Shown here one piece after another: positions 28,845 through 39,418 of a stretch of 64,000 bases of DNA. The translations under genes and the position numbers were made by a program. This DNA comes from Croceivirga sp. GTDB taxonomy: Bacteria; Bacteroidota; Bacteroidia; Flavobacteriales; Flavobacteriaceae. The stretch covers positions 86,730 to 150,729 of the forward strand of contig JANQQQ010000016.1 in assembly GCA_028284935.1 (NCBI GenBank), written 5' to 3'. Under the pieces are notes generated by a model. The model did not search any database and was not told the origin of the DNA. It saw only the letters and a list, made by a program, of their open reading frames with translations. Within the stretch, counting starts at the first letter, position 1, and each line of letters opens with the position of its first letter.

Positions 28845-29327
28845 TTGGAGGAAGATTTTAAAAAACTTTACGAAGAGAACTATTCTAAAATGGTACGCCT
28901 TTGTTTAGGTTATGTATCGGGTGATAAGGATATGGCCAAAGACCTTACACAGGAAGTCTTCATAAAGGTATGGCGCAATTTTAATTCTTTTAGAAATGAG
29001 AGCGCTATCACCACTTGGCTGTATCGCATCGCAGTGAATACATGCTTGATGAATTTGAGGAAAACAAAAAAAGCCCCGATTACAGATGCCGTCTTTCAAG
29101 ATAACACGATAGATACAGCGCCTGAAAAAGAGAGAGAACAACAATTTCAGAAAATGTATCAATGTATCGATACATTGGGGCCCACCAATAAGGCCATTAT
29201 TTTAATGGAACTGGAAGGAATACCCCAAAAAGAAATTGCCCAAGTCACGGGCTTAAAACACGAAGCGATACGAACAAGAATCCATCGTATCAAAAATGAA
29301 CTTAAAAAATGTGTAAATCATGAATGA
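28845..29327 (+). CDS. ECF RNA polymerase sigma factor
   Basis: DLTQEVFIKVW, TWLYRIAVN and region 4 EIAQVTG...RIHRIK. Confidence 0.93.
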   Translation: MEEDFKKLYEENYSKMVRLCLGYVSGDKDMAKDLTQEVFIKVWRNFNSFRNESAITTWLYRIAVNTCLMNLRKTKKAPITDAVFQDNTIDTAPEKEREQQFQKMYQCIDTLGPTNKAIILMELEGIPQKEIAQVTGLKHEAIRTRIHRIKNELKKCVNHE

Positions 29328-29877
29328 ATTTGAGGAATTAAAGAACGATTGGACAGAACAGCCCATTCAAGGGCCTTCGCCATCCGATTTTTTAGAGTTA
29401 AAAAGCGGAATTAAAAACGTTGCCAAAAAACAGAAAATCACTAACATTGTTCTGCTTGCAACAGTAGGCGTGTTGATCGTCTTCTTTTTCTATGTCGGTG
29501 CCATTGAATATAATGATGTGGCTTTGGCCATTGGAGCAATGATCGCCGCTTTGGTCATTAGAGTTCTGGTGGAATCTTTGAGTATAGCCCACTTAAAAAA
29601 TTTGGTGACCGCGATCAGCATTCAAAATTTTAAAGAAAGGCTAAAGAAGTATTACCAAAATAGGATATGGGTACACTTGGTATTGACTCCAATCTTACTC
29701 GCTGTTTACAGCTTTGCCTTTTGGACCTTATTACCGGATTTCAAGGTAAGTCTGTCAGAGGGTTTTTATAACTACATTGTGTATTCCTCCATAGCGCTGC
29801 TTATCATTTTTGGTTTCTTTATTGGAAATGAAGTACGCAAGGAATTAAGTGTACTCAGTGAATTAAAGAGGGATTAA
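29320..29877 (+). CDS. Membrane protein, probable anti-sigma partner
   Basis: MNEFEELKNDW N-terminus and four TM segments, overlapping the sigma gene. Confidence 0.7.
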   Translation: MNEFEELKNDWTEQPIQGPSPSDFLELKSGIKNVAKKQKITNIVLLATVGVLIVFFFYVGAIEYNDVALAIGAMIAALVIRVLVESLSIAHLKNLVTAISIQNFKERLKKYYQNRIWVHLVLTPILLAVYSFAFWTLLPDFKVSLSEGFYNYIVYSSIALLIIFGFFIGNEVRKELSVLSELKRD

Positions 29878-29886
29878 TGAGCCTGG

Positions 29887-31539
29887 TTAAGGCTTCCCCT
29901 TAAGGGGGGAATCAATCTGGTTTTCCAGATGGATATCGATATAGTGCTGGTTGAGCTCATCTGAATCCCCATATTGTGTTCTCAGTCCTTCCAACTTGGT
30001 TTTGAGAAGGGCAGTGATTTCTTCATATTCGGGTTTTCCGTAGACGTTATTGATTTCCAAAGGGTCTTTTTTACGGTCGTAAAGTTCCCATTCATCCACA
30101 TCATAGTAAAAGTGGGCCAACTTGTATTCCTTGGTGACAATGCCATAATGCCGCTTGACTTGATGAACCGCAGGGTATTCATAATAATGGTAGTACACGG
30201 CATCCCTTTCCCACAAACCTTCATTGGAGGTAAGCAATGGCAATAAACTTTCGCCCTGCATATCTTCCGGGGCCGCTATTTGGGCAGCCTCCAACAAGGT
30301 TTGCGCGAAATCAAGGTTTTGTACCATTTCTTCATTGGTGATGCCAGGTTGAATTCTATTGGGCCACTTTACCAACAAAGGGGTTTTGAAGGATTCATTA
30401 TAGATAAAGCGTTTGTCAAACCAGCCGTGTTCGCCTAAATAGAAACCCTGATCGGAGGTATAGATGACCAAAGTGTTTTCAGATAGTCGGTTTTCATCCA
30501 AATAGTCCAATACCCTCCCAACATTGTCGTCCACAGAAGAAATACAGGCTAGATAATCCTGCATATACCGTTGGTACTTCCATTGCATTTTTTCCCTTTT
30601 GTTCATTTTGGGCCAATTTTCTTCAAAATCGGCATTTATTCTATCTAAAATGGGCTCGTAAGCCGCTTTTTGAGCATTGGTCAGTCGTTCACTGTAAGGG
30701 CCATGAAAACCGTTTTTATATTCAGGAACAAAGGGCTCCGGTTGCATTTTTTTGGTCAATTCAGGTCTTATTTTACTGTCATGATTGTACATCATATGGG
30801 TGAGCAAGTTCATTTCGGCCGTTTTTGCCGCAGCGCCCCGATTTTCATAGTCATCAAAAAGGGTTTCCGGCTCAGGAAACTGTTTTTCAATAAATTCTTC
30901 AAACTTATCGGGTCTGGGCCACCAAGGACGGTGGGGTGCTTTATGTAAATACATTAGCATAAAGGGCTTGGAGGTGTCTCGTTTTTTCTCCATCCAATCC
31001 AAGGTCAAATCGGTGATTACATCTGTTACATACCCTTCGATTCTAATGGTATCGCCATTTTTGGTGATAAAATCGGGATTGATATAATTACCCTGACCTG
31101 GTAAAATCATAAAATCATCAACGCCTTTCGGGTTATTCCCAAAATGGAGTTTACCAAACATGGCAGTTTGATAACCGGCTTTTTGAAAGAGTTCTGGAAA
31201 CGTTACTTGAGTTGTATCAAAGGGTCTTGCATTATCTGTTTTGCCGTTGATGTGGGTATGCTTTCCGGTCAAGATGGTGGCTCTTGACGGGGCGCAAATC
31301 GAATTGGTCACGCAGGCATTGGCAAATAAGATACCCTCTTTGGCGATACGGTCAATATTTGGGGTTTCAATCAAATGATTTTGATAAGCACTAATGGCTT
31401 GATAGGCATGGTCGTCAGACATGATGAACAGAATATTGGGGCGTTCATTTTTTCTGGTTTCAACCTCTTTATGCTCTTTGCAAAATGTAAAGAACAACAC
31501 TACAATCAGTGGGGAAATAGGTCTCTTGAAGAGGTTCAT
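29887..31539 (-). CDS. Sulfatase (Cys-type, S1 family)
   Basis: PNILFIMSDD, CAPSRATILTG (CxPxR), GKLH and TSDQG motifs. Confidence 0.95.
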   Translation of the reverse strand: MNLFKRPISPLIVVLFFTFCKEHKEVETRKNERPNILFIMSDDHAYQAISAYQNHLIETPNIDRIAKEGILFANACVTNSICAPSRATILTGKHTHINGKTDNARPFDTTQVTFPELFQKAGYQTAMFGKLHFGNNPKGVDDFMILPGQGNYINPDFITKNGDTIRIEGYVTDVITDLTLDWMEKKRDTSKPFMLMYLHKAPHRPWWPRPDKFEEFIEKQFPEPETLFDDYENRGAAAKTAEMNLLTHMMYNHDSKIRPELTKKMQPEPFVPEYKNGFHGPYSERLTNAQKAAYEPILDRINADFEENWPKMNKREKMQWKYQRYMQDYLACISSVDDNVGRVLDYLDENRLSENTLVIYTSDQGFYLGEHGWFDKRFIYNESFKTPLLVKWPNRIQPGITNEEMVQNLDFAQTLLEAAQIAAPEDMQGESLLPLLTSNEGLWERDAVYYHYYEYPAVHQVKRHYGIVTKEYKLAHFYYDVDEWELYDRKKDPLEINNVYGKPEYEEITALLKTKLEGLRTQYGDSDELNQHYIDIHLENQIDSPLKGKP

Positions 31540-31653
31540 CTTGAAGTTTTTTTCAGCAATAAGATAACAAAATTGACCTCAAAAAGGGTAGTACCAATAA
31601 TGTTTGGCACTAAAATTGGTTTTATATCTTTATAAAAACCAAAAGAGAGACAC

Positions 31654-32139
31654 ATGAAAGCCATTACGTATATGATTATCGTACTTACTTTGTCGCTATC
31701 AAGCTGTTCATCCCAAAGGAAAATGGTAGACCAAGCACCGTTTGAAATGGGTCAGGCCACGTGCCAGGCATGGGCCGGCGGACGAGCGGAAACAGGATCG
31801 GGCCTAGTATTGGAAATCCCTATTCTAAGTGAAAATCTGGATGAAATGAAGCTGCAGCAAGCCTTTTTTAGGGGGAAGATTGCCGACTTAAAAATGGAAA
31901 ATACAGAAAAGGGATGGGTTGCGAAAGCCAATTTCAAAAACCAAAATGTGGGAAAGCCGGATATGGTCATGCATTCGGATTCAAAACAAGAAGTGGGAAA
32001 CCAACCCCCCAAACTCAAAGAAAAATTTCCTTTTGAACTGGGGAAGGACCAATGCGTTCTTAGCTTTTTGGACGGGGATACCGTAAAGTATTATAAAGTG
32101 GAGAACATCAAGGAGAAAAAGGCCAAAATGTTCAAATAG
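31654..32139 (+). CDS. Hypothetical lipoprotein
   Basis: Lipobox LSS-C, 161 aa. Confidence 0.75.
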   Translation: MKAITYMIIVLTLSLSSCSSQRKMVDQAPFEMGQATCQAWAGGRAETGSGLVLEIPILSENLDEMKLQQAFFRGKIADLKMENTEKGWVAKANFKNQNVGKPDMVMHSDSKQEVGNQPPKLKEKFPFELGKDQCVLSFLDGDTVKYYKVENIKEKKAKMFK

Positions 32140-32168
32140 TAGCTAATATTACTAACTTTAGCATTACG

Positions 32169-32193
32169 AACCCTGAAGTACACCTTCAGGGTT
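32169..32193. terminator. Stem-loop between the lipoprotein and flippase genes
   Basis: AACCCTGAAG-TACAC-CTTCAGGGTT, perfect 10 bp, followed by only a weak T-run. Confidence 0.5.
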
Positions 32194-32210
32194 TGCTTTA
32201 ATACGTTGTT

Positions 32211-33665
32211 TTGGCTCCCTTACAAAAACTATTTAGGCAAACGTTTATTTATGGCCTCGCCACGGTGTTGCCAAGGGTGCTCTCAGTGTTCCTACTGCCC
32301 CTTTATACTACGGTTTTTGAGCAGGCTTCGGGCTATGGTCAATACATCAACATCTACTCATGGATTGCCATTTTCAATGTTTTTTTGGCATATGGGATGG
32401 AAACTGCATTTTTCAGGTTCTATCATTTCGCTGAAAAAAAGAAAAGTGTCATATCCACTTCCCTTATTTCCTTACTCGCTTCATCCATCCTCTTTTTTTT
32501 GATTGCCCTGCTCTTTAAGGACCACATAGCAGTGTGGACAAATATCAGAAGTGATTTCATAAAATTTACCGTTTATATTTTGGTTTTGGATGCCTTGGCG
32601 ATTATACCATTTGCATTATTGCGTGCAAATGAAAAGCCCATGAATTACGCATGGATCAAGACCTTGAACGTAGCCATTAACTTAGGGATGAACGTGTTTT
32701 TCCTTTTGATTTTACCTAAGGTAGCAGGCAATTCGGACAGCTTTTTTACATCCATACATAGGGAGAATTTCGAGATTCAATATATTTTTATCTCAAACAT
32801 CATGGCCAGCGCCATTACACTTTTAATTGTTTCTCCGACATATGTTAAAACACCATATGTTTTTGATAGGGTACTCTGGAAAAAGATGTTGAAATACGCT
32901 TTCCCGGTCTTAATTGCGGGAATTGCGTTTACCATTAATGAGGTAGTGGATAAAATTTTATTGACTGAAATGGTTTCCGAAAGTGAAGCGGGCAAATATG
33001 GGGCATGTTACAAATTAGCCTTGTTTATGACCTTGTTCGGCACGGCCTTTAGACTGGGTGTGGAGCCGTTTTTCTTTAGTCAGGCCAAGGAAGAAAATCC
33101 ACAGCGCACCTACGCTCAAATCACCAATTATTTTGTGATTATAGGGAGTTTAATTCTACTGTTCGTTGTGGTGTACATTGAAGTTTTGGCTAAGCTTTTA
33201 ATTAGAAATAGCGCCTATTGGGAAGCTTTGGAAATAGTTCCCATCATCCTTTTGGCCAGTTTTTGTTTGGGCATTTACCACAATCTATCGGTATGGTATA
33301 AGATTACCGATCGAACCAAGTTTGGAGCGTTTATCTCATCGGTTGGGGCTTTGCTTACTTTAGTCATCAATTTCGCTTTAATCCCAAAAATGGGCTATAT
33401 GGCTTCAGCTTTGGCCACTTTGGTGGCCTATGGCAGTATGATGTCCCTTTCCTACTATTTTGGGAAAAAATACTACCCTATTCCCTACAATATGCGAAAA
33501 ATCGCATTTTACGGGGGACTTTCCGTGCTGTTTTCCGTCCTTTCCTTCTATGTGTTTAATCGAAATTTAATCGCTGGGAGCTTACTGCTTTTACTATTTT
33601 TGGGGCTGATTTACAAGTTGGAAGGCGACAAACTAAAAACCATATTTATTAAGCGTGAAGATTAA
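32211..33665 (+). CDS. Oligosaccharide flippase (Wzx-like)
   Basis: [22 protein letters not shown], multiple TM segments. Confidence 0.85.
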   Translation: MAPLQKLFRQTFIYGLATVLPRVLSVFLLPLYTTVFEQASGYGQYINIYSWIAIFNVFLAYGMETAFFRFYHFAEKKKSVISTSLISLLASSILFFLIALLFKDHIAVWTNIRSDFIKFTVYILVLDALAIIPFALLRANEKPMNYAWIKTLNVAINLGMNVFFLLILPKVAGNSDSFFTSIHRENFEIQYIFISNIMASAITLLIVSPTYVKTPYVFDRVLWKKMLKYAFPVLIAGIAFTINEVVDKILLTEMVSESEAGKYGACYKLALFMTLFGTAFRLGVEPFFFSQAKEENPQRTYAQITNYFVIIGSLILLFVVVYIEVLAKLLIRNSAYWEALEIVPIILLASFCLGIYHNLSVWYKITDRTKFGAFISSVGALLTLVINFALIPKMGYMASALATLVAYGSMMSLSYYFGKKYYPIPYNMRKIAFYGGLSVLFSVLSFYVFNRNLIAGSLLLLLFLGLIYKLEGDKLKTIFIKRED

Positions 33666-34089
33666 CATTATCAATAACTCAAAGCATTCTTTGCCCCACT
33701 ACGAGACGAATGCTTCGGCAGGAATGGACCTGAGGGCCAATATTTCCAGAACCATAACGTTGAAACCTTTGGGCCGGGCCATTATTAAAACGGGCCTATT
33801 CATTGAATTACCGGTAGGTTATGAAGCTCAAGTAAGGCCTAGAAGTGGTTTGGCAGCAAAAAAGGGAATCACGGTACTCAACGCTCCAGGGACCATAGAC
33901 GCTGATTATAGAGGTGAAATCGGAGTCATATTAGTGAATTTGTCCAATGACGATTTTGTAGTGGAAGACGGCGAACGGATAGCCCAATTGGTCATTACCA
34001 GGCACGAACGGGCAACATGGGTAGAAGTGGGGGAGCTCTCGGAAACCTCAAGGGGAGAAGGTGGATTTGGAAGTACGGGCACGAAATAG
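33655..34089 (+). CDS. dut: dUTP diphosphatase
   Basis: [21 protein letters not shown] and [10 protein letters not shown] motifs. Confidence 0.97.
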   Translation: MKINIINNSKHSLPHYETNASAGMDLRANISRTITLKPLGRAIIKTGLFIELPVGYEAQVRPRSGLAAKKGITVLNAPGTIDADYRGEIGVILVNLSNDDFVVEDGERIAQLVITRHERATWVEVGELSETSRGEGGFGSTGTK

Positions 34090-34120
34090 GATGTAAACTA
34101 ATAAACACTAAACTTTTATC

Positions 34121-35137
34121 ATGAAAATCATCGTCCCAATGGCAGGCCGTGGTTCTAGATTACGGCCACACACCCTAACCATTCCCAAACCTTTAATTCC
34201 CGTTGCAGGGAAACCCATTGTACATAGATTGGTCAGCGACATTGCCAAAGTCTTAGGTGAACCCATAGAAGAAGTAGCCTTTATTTTGGGAGATCCAGCT
34301 TTTTTCGGTGACGATATTGTGACCAGTCTTGAAAAACTGGCGCATGAATTGGGCGCAAAAGCCAGTATTTATCGCCAGTTAGACCCTAAGGGAACCGGAC
34401 ATGCCATTATGTGTGCCGAGCCTTCACTCTCCGGTCCTGCCGTAATTGCGTATGCGGACACACTTATACGTGCTGATTTTAATCTGGACAAAGGAGCAGA
34501 TAGTGTTATTTGGACCAAAAGGGTGGAGAATCCAGAAGCTTATGGGGTGGTCAACCTCAATGAACAGGGTCAAATTAAGGAATTGGTTGAAAAACCCACG
34601 GAGTTTGTGAGCGACCAGGCCGTAATTGGCATTTATTATTTTAAGGATGTAGGGGTGTTGCGAAATGAGTTGCAATTCGTCTTAGAAAATAACATCATCC
34701 ATGGTGGGGAATATCAAATCAATGATGGCATTAAACGCATGATGGCAGACGGTAAGGTTTTTGTGACGGGTAAAGTAGATGAATGGATGGATTGCGGCAA
34801 TAAGAAGGTAACCGTGGAAACCAACCAGCGTATGCTAGGCTTTTTGGAAAAAGACGGAGAGGAATTAATTGCGCAATCAGTGAAGAAGGAAAATGCCAAT
34901 ATCATTGAACCCTGCTTTATAGGCGAGAATGTAGTATTGAAGAATACAACTATTGGACCCTATGTTTCCATTGGTGCGGATACCGTTATAGAGAACTCAA
35001 CCGTTAAAAATAGCCTAATCCAAAGCAATAGCGTCATTAAAAATGCTAATTTGGATAATGCCATGATAGGCAACCATGTACGATATGATGGCAACTTTGA
35101 AACCATTAGTATTGGGGATTACTCGGTACTGGAATGA
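34121..35137 (+). CDS. Sugar-phosphate nucleotidyltransferase
   Basis: MAGRGSRLRPHT...KPLIPVAGKP, with a C-terminal hexapeptide-like region. Confidence 0.92.
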   Translation: MKIIVPMAGRGSRLRPHTLTIPKPLIPVAGKPIVHRLVSDIAKVLGEPIEEVAFILGDPAFFGDDIVTSLEKLAHELGAKASIYRQLDPKGTGHAIMCAEPSLSGPAVIAYADTLIRADFNLDKGADSVIWTKRVENPEAYGVVNLNEQGQIKELVEKPTEFVSDQAVIGIYYFKDVGVLRNELQFVLENNIIHGGEYQINDGIKRMMADGKVFVTGKVDEWMDCGNKKVTVETNQRMLGFLEKDGEELIAQSVKKENANIIEPCFIGENVVLKNTTIGPYVSIGADTVIENSTVKNSLIQSNSVIKNANLDNAMIGNHVRYDGNFETISIGDYSVLE

Positions 35138-35618
35138 GGACTTTGGAAAAGGAAGCAAAGTTGCCCAGAATAGAACTTAAGGGAAATGATGAGGAAACGT
35201 TTAGTGGTATTGGGATGTTCACTAAGTTGTTGTATGGGGGTTTTCTGCCAAGAAGGCCTCAATCTTAATCATTTATATATCCAGTGGGTCGTTACTCCAG
35301 AAATTGTCGATAGTGATTATTTGGGGCTTAGACCATATCGCATTGGGTTTAAAAAAAGTGATGAAGACCGTATCATTTCTTTCAGAAAATCCGATGATAA
35401 TGTAATTTATGACTATTCACCGTCGAAGTTGGTATGCCCATCCCCGCCCTCTAATTTGGGTGCAGAAAAATGGGTGGTAATTCCTGATTTAAAAAGGCTG
35501 GAACATCTTTTTTTCGATGAAAAAGGGGTAATTATATATTCCTCAACATATGAAATTGCCGATGTTAACCGAAAAGTTTTGAAATTAAAACGAATAAGCG
35601 AGTACCTTAATGAGGACT
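35133..35618 (+). repeat. 10-bp direct repeat bounding a 476-bp insertion
   Basis: AATGAGGACT at 35133-35142 and 35609-35618. Upstream GTAC aligns at the same 476 offset. Confidence 0.7.
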
Positions 35619-35626
35619 GGGAATAA
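35186..35626 (+). CDS. Exported hypothetical protein
   Basis: 146-aa ORF with a signal-like N-terminus and no recognised motif. Confidence 0.65.
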   Translation: MMRKRLVVLGCSLSCCMGVFCQEGLNLNHLYIQWVVTPEIVDSDYLGLRPYRIGFKKSDEDRIISFRKSDDNVIYDYSPSKLVCPSPPSNLGAEKWVVIPDLKRLEHLFFDEKGVIIYSSTYEIADVNRKVLKLKRISEYLNEDWE

Positions 35627-36566
35627 CATTATGGCAGTGTGTAGGCTATTTTTTTTCATTGTACTTACGGGAAACATCTTGGCCCAAGAAACCCCCAATG
35701 TGATTCAAGAAGAGGAAAGTGCTGAAGTCTTTTTGGAAGAATATACCGATGAGTTTCAAGAGACATTTTTTGAGGCCTTGAAACAAAAGGGTATTCAAAA
35801 CTATGATCGCACGATTAACCTACTCTTGGAATGCAAGCAATTAAAGCCAAAAAACACGGCATTGGACCATGAATTGGCCAAGGTGTATTTTTTGGACAAA
35901 AAGTACATCCCAGCGCAACAATATGCTGTCCAGGCCTTAATTTCGGAACCAGGGAATTACTGGTTTTTGAACAGTTTGGTTAGCATTACCGACAAACAAG
36001 GGATTCCCTTCAAAACCCTTGAAGGTACAATTCCATATAAAGATGTTACCTTGCGAAGCAATTTGGCCAAAATATATTTTCGAAAGAAAAATTATTTGGA
36101 AGCCAAAGCCGCTTTAAAGGGTCTGACCAGAGACCAGGGACTTTCGCACTTGGCGGATAAAATCAATGATTCACTGCTTAAGATTCAGAAACCAACAGCC
36201 GTTGCTACGTTAGAAAACCATACTGCTGTCAACGCCCCATCTGGAAGTGGAGCGCTTGAAAACCTACGGAATGCCTTAAAGTCATTGGCGAGCGACCTAA
36301 ATTACCTAAGTCTTGAGACAAAGGCCAGCGAGGCATTGGAAACATTTCCATTACAACCGGAGTTTTATTACTATCGCGGTTTGGCCTTAAACCAAATGAA
36401 CCGTTCTACGGATGCCGTAGACGTTCTGGAAGAAGGTCTGGAGTACCTTTTTGAAGAGAACCAACTGACCAATGATTTCTACAAAGAACTGGCGAAGGCC
36501 TATAAGGCAGTAGGAAATAATTCTAAAGCCAATGAGTATCTTAGTAAGATAAAACCCGGGTTTTAA
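35610..36566 (+). CDS. TPR-repeat protein
   Basis: Helical TPR-like repeats (YYYRGLALNQM...FYKELAKAY). Signal peptide. Confidence 0.8.
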   Translation: MRTGNNIMAVCRLFFFIVLTGNILAQETPNVIQEEESAEVFLEEYTDEFQETFFEALKQKGIQNYDRTINLLLECKQLKPKNTALDHELAKVYFLDKKYIPAQQYAVQALISEPGNYWFLNSLVSITDKQGIPFKTLEGTIPYKDVTLRSNLAKIYFRKKNYLEAKAALKGLTRDQGLSHLADKINDSLLKIQKPTAVATLENHTAVNAPSGSGALENLRNALKSLASDLNYLSLETKASEALETFPLQPEFYYYRGLALNQMNRSTDAVDVLEEGLEYLFEENQLTNDFYKELAKAYKAVGNNSKANEYLSKIKPGF

Positions 36567-37351
36567 TGAAATTAAGTCTTTTTCACCGTAATTGTGTGCT
36601 GCGCTTTGCCCTTCTTTTAGCAGTACTTCTTACCTCTTGCAAAGCAAAAAAAGCGGTAGTGGCCGGTGAGGTAGATGCCTCTTTGGGGACTAAAAAAATC
36701 ATTCAAAACCATTACGCCAGCACTCTGGATTTTGATACCATGAGCGGAAAAGTAAAGATTGATTACCAATCTGCGGAAACTGACCAGGGGGTTACGGTAA
36801 GCCTTAGAATGGAGAAGGATAAAGCCATTTGGGTGAGTGCTCCTTTAGGAATATTCAAAGCGTACATAACCCCTGAAAGGGTATCTTTTTACAACAAACT
36901 GGAAGGGGAGTATTTTGATGGGGATTTTGCATTTATCAGCAATCTTTTAGGCTATGAAATGGATTTTATAAAAGTGCAAAACGTGCTTATTGGAAACACT
37001 GTTTTGGATTTACGAAATGATAAATACGCCTCCTTTATTGAGAACGAAGGTTATATCTTGAAGCCTAAGCAGGAAAGGGAATTGTTCAAGATCTTATTTT
37101 CACTTGAACCCCAAAATTTTAGGGTAAAAAGCCAACAGATTTCCCAACCGGAAAAAGACCGGTTTTTGAAGTTGGATTACGGGTATCAGAACATCGCTTC
37201 CAAAGTGGCTCCAAGCCATGTCAACATTAAAGCAATCAATGAGGATGATGTAAGAATAATCGACCTGGATTTTAGGAATATCGAGTTTGACCGCAAATTG
37301 AATTTTCCCTATAGAATACCAAAAGGTTATAAGGCAATGGTCTCAAAATAG
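36566..37351 (+). CDS. DUF4292-type lipoprotein
   Basis: Lipobox LTS-C, SLRMEKDKAIWVS and C-terminal FPYRIPKGY. Confidence 0.8.
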   Translation: MKLSLFHRNCVLRFALLLAVLLTSCKAKKAVVAGEVDASLGTKKIIQNHYASTLDFDTMSGKVKIDYQSAETDQGVTVSLRMEKDKAIWVSAPLGIFKAYITPERVSFYNKLEGEYFDGDFAFISNLLGYEMDFIKVQNVLIGNTVLDLRNDKYASFIENEGYILKPKQERELFKILFSLEPQNFRVKSQQISQPEKDRFLKLDYGYQNIASKVAPSHVNIKAINEDDVRIIDLDFRNIEFDRKLNFPYRIPKGYKAMVSK

Positions 37352-37356
37352 ACGCT

Positions 37357-38577
37357 GTGAACAAAATATGCGCATATCGGTTTTTGGGGTTCGCTTTTTT
37401 GTTGGTGTGCGGACAAATCAATGCCCAAACCAGTGAACAGAGGGCACTTGAAGCCAAACGGGCCCAAATCCAAAAGGAGATTAGGGAAATGAACCGCCTG
37501 CTTTCCCAAGAAAAGGCAGAGAAGGGGAATGTTCTGGAGCAAATGGAGGTCTTGGACCAGAAGATCAATATGCGCCAAGAGTTGATTCGAGTTACAAATC
37601 GACAATCCAATTTGCTCAATCGACAGATAAACGCAAACGTCCGTAAAATTTCGAAACTTCGGGAGGACCTAGAGCTCCTAAAAGAGGACTATGCCAAACT
37701 CATTGTAAATTCCTACCAACAGCGATCTAATCAAAATAGATTAATGTTCCTGTTGTCTTCTGATGATTTTTTTCAGGCATTCAAACGCTTGCAGTACCTA
37801 AAGCAATACACGGAGTTCAGAAAACAACAAGGAGAGGAAATACTGGCGAAAACGGCGGAATTGACCACTTTAAATAAGGATTTGGTGGACCAGCGGAAAG
37901 TAAAGGAGGGACTTTTGGCAGAAAACCGGAAAGTAAAAAGTCAACTATCCAAAGAAATCGACTCCCAGAAGGATCTTTTGAAGACCATTAGGGCCAATGA
38001 AAGTAAATATGCTGCTGCCATTCAAGCAAAGCGAAAGGAAGCCAGAAGGATAGATCAAGAAATTGAGAGACTCATTCGCAGCGCCATCACCAGTTCCAAC
38101 AAAAGGTCGGGGAAATCCGGAACAAGGTCATTTTCCCTTACTCCGGAGGCAAGGGCGTTGGCTTCAAGCTTTACTGCTAACAAGGGAAGGTTGATATGGC
38201 CTGTTGAAAAAGGGGTAAAAAGCCAAGGTTTTGGGGTATATGCGGATAAAATCTATCCAGGTATAAAGCATCAGAACAATGGAGTTACCATTTCTACCAA
38301 CGAAGGGGAAAAGGCCAGAGCGATTTTTGATGGTGAGGTCATTGACGTGAAGACGACACGTACCGGCCAGAAAGCCATCTTTATTCGTCATGGGAATTAT
38401 ATCTCAACCTACTACAATTTGGCAAGTGCCTATGTGGAACGCGGTGATAAAGTGTTGGCAAGGGAAGAATTGGGGGAGGTGCACACCAACAAAACCAATG
38501 GATTGACAAAATTAAAATTCTATTTGTACCAGGATACCAAAAAATTGAATCCTGAGGAATGGATTTATCAATTATAG
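37357..38577 (+). CDS. Murein hydrolase activator, EnvC family (degenerate M23)
   Basis: Long coiled coil plus a LytM-like domain (KGRLIWPV, NNGVTI, KLKF) lacking the Zn ligands. Confidence 0.85.
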   Translation: MNKICAYRFLGFAFLLVCGQINAQTSEQRALEAKRAQIQKEIREMNRLLSQEKAEKGNVLEQMEVLDQKINMRQELIRVTNRQSNLLNRQINANVRKISKLREDLELLKEDYAKLIVNSYQQRSNQNRLMFLLSSDDFFQAFKRLQYLKQYTEFRKQQGEEILAKTAELTTLNKDLVDQRKVKEGLLAENRKVKSQLSKEIDSQKDLLKTIRANESKYAAAIQAKRKEARRIDQEIERLIRSAITSSNKRSGKSGTRSFSLTPEARALASSFTANKGRLIWPVEKGVKSQGFGVYADKIYPGIKHQNNGVTISTNEGEKARAIFDGEVIDVKTTRTGQKAIFIRHGNYISTYYNLASAYVERGDKVLAREELGEVHTNKTNGLTKLKFYLYQDTKKLNPEEWIYQL

Positions 38578-38581
38578 TGAT

Positions 38582-39418
38582 ATGAATAAAATTACAGATG
38601 TACAAGGCACTTTCACATTACATAACGGTGTGGAAATGCCCTATTTTGGACTTGGGGTATATCTCTCCAAAGATGGGCAAGAAGTCATCAATGCCGTAAA
38701 ATGGGCCGTTGAGGCAGGGTATCGACATATTGATACGGCTTCAGTGTATAAGAATGAAGATGGTGTAGGTGAGGGGGTAAAACGGTGTGGAATACCTCGA
38801 GAAGATCTCTTTGTGGTCAGTAAGGTTTGGAATTCAGATCAGGGCTATGATACCACCTTAAAGGCTTTTGATGCAAGTCTTAAGCGACTGGATATGGACT
38901 ATTTGGACCTTTATCTTATCCATTGGCCAGTAGCTGGGAAATATAAGGAAACATGGAGAGCCCTGGAAAGGATATATGAAGAGGGACGGGTAAAGGCCAT
39001 TGGGGTAAGTAATTTTATGCAGCATCACCTGGAAGATGTGCTCCAAGATGCTTCCGTGGTACCCATGGTCAATCAAATGGAGTTTCATCCCTTTTTGGTA
39101 CAACAGGGACTCATGGATTTCTGCAAGAAAAATACCATTCAGTATGAAGCATGGTCCCCCATGATGCAGGGTCGAATTTTCGATATGCAGGAGTTCAAGG
39201 ATTTATCGGAGAAATATGGCAAAACAGCGGCTCAGATAGTGCTTCGATGGGATTTGCAGAAAGGGGTGATTACCATTCCTAAGTCCTCCAAAAAAGAACG
39301 AATTATTGCCAATGCTGATATTTTTGATTTCCATCTTATGGAGGAGGATATAAAACTGTTGGACCGCATGCACCGAGGGCAACGATTTGGTCCAGACCCG
39401 GATAATTTTGATTTTTAG
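38582..39418 (+). CDS. Aldo/keto reductase
   Basis: GYRHIDTASVY, VSKVW, YLIHWP, IGVSNF and IPKS motifs. Confidence 0.95.
   Translation: MNKITDVQGTFTLHNGVEMPYFGLGVYLSKDGQEVINAVKWAVEAGYRHIDTASVYKNEDGVGEGVKRCGIPREDLFVVSKVWNSDQGYDTTLKAFDASLKRLDMDYLDLYLIHWPVAGKYKETWRALERIYEEGRVKAIGVSNFMQHHLEDVLQDASVVPMVNQMEFHPFLVQQGLMDFCKKNTIQYEAWSPMMQGRIFDMQEFKDLSEKYGKTAAQIVLRWDLQKGVITIPKSSKKERIIANADIFDFHLMEEDIKLLDRMHRGQRFGPDPDNFDF

Noticed and set aside
37357-38577. M23 domain missing its Zn ligands
   Set aside because: This is expected for EnvC-type activators.
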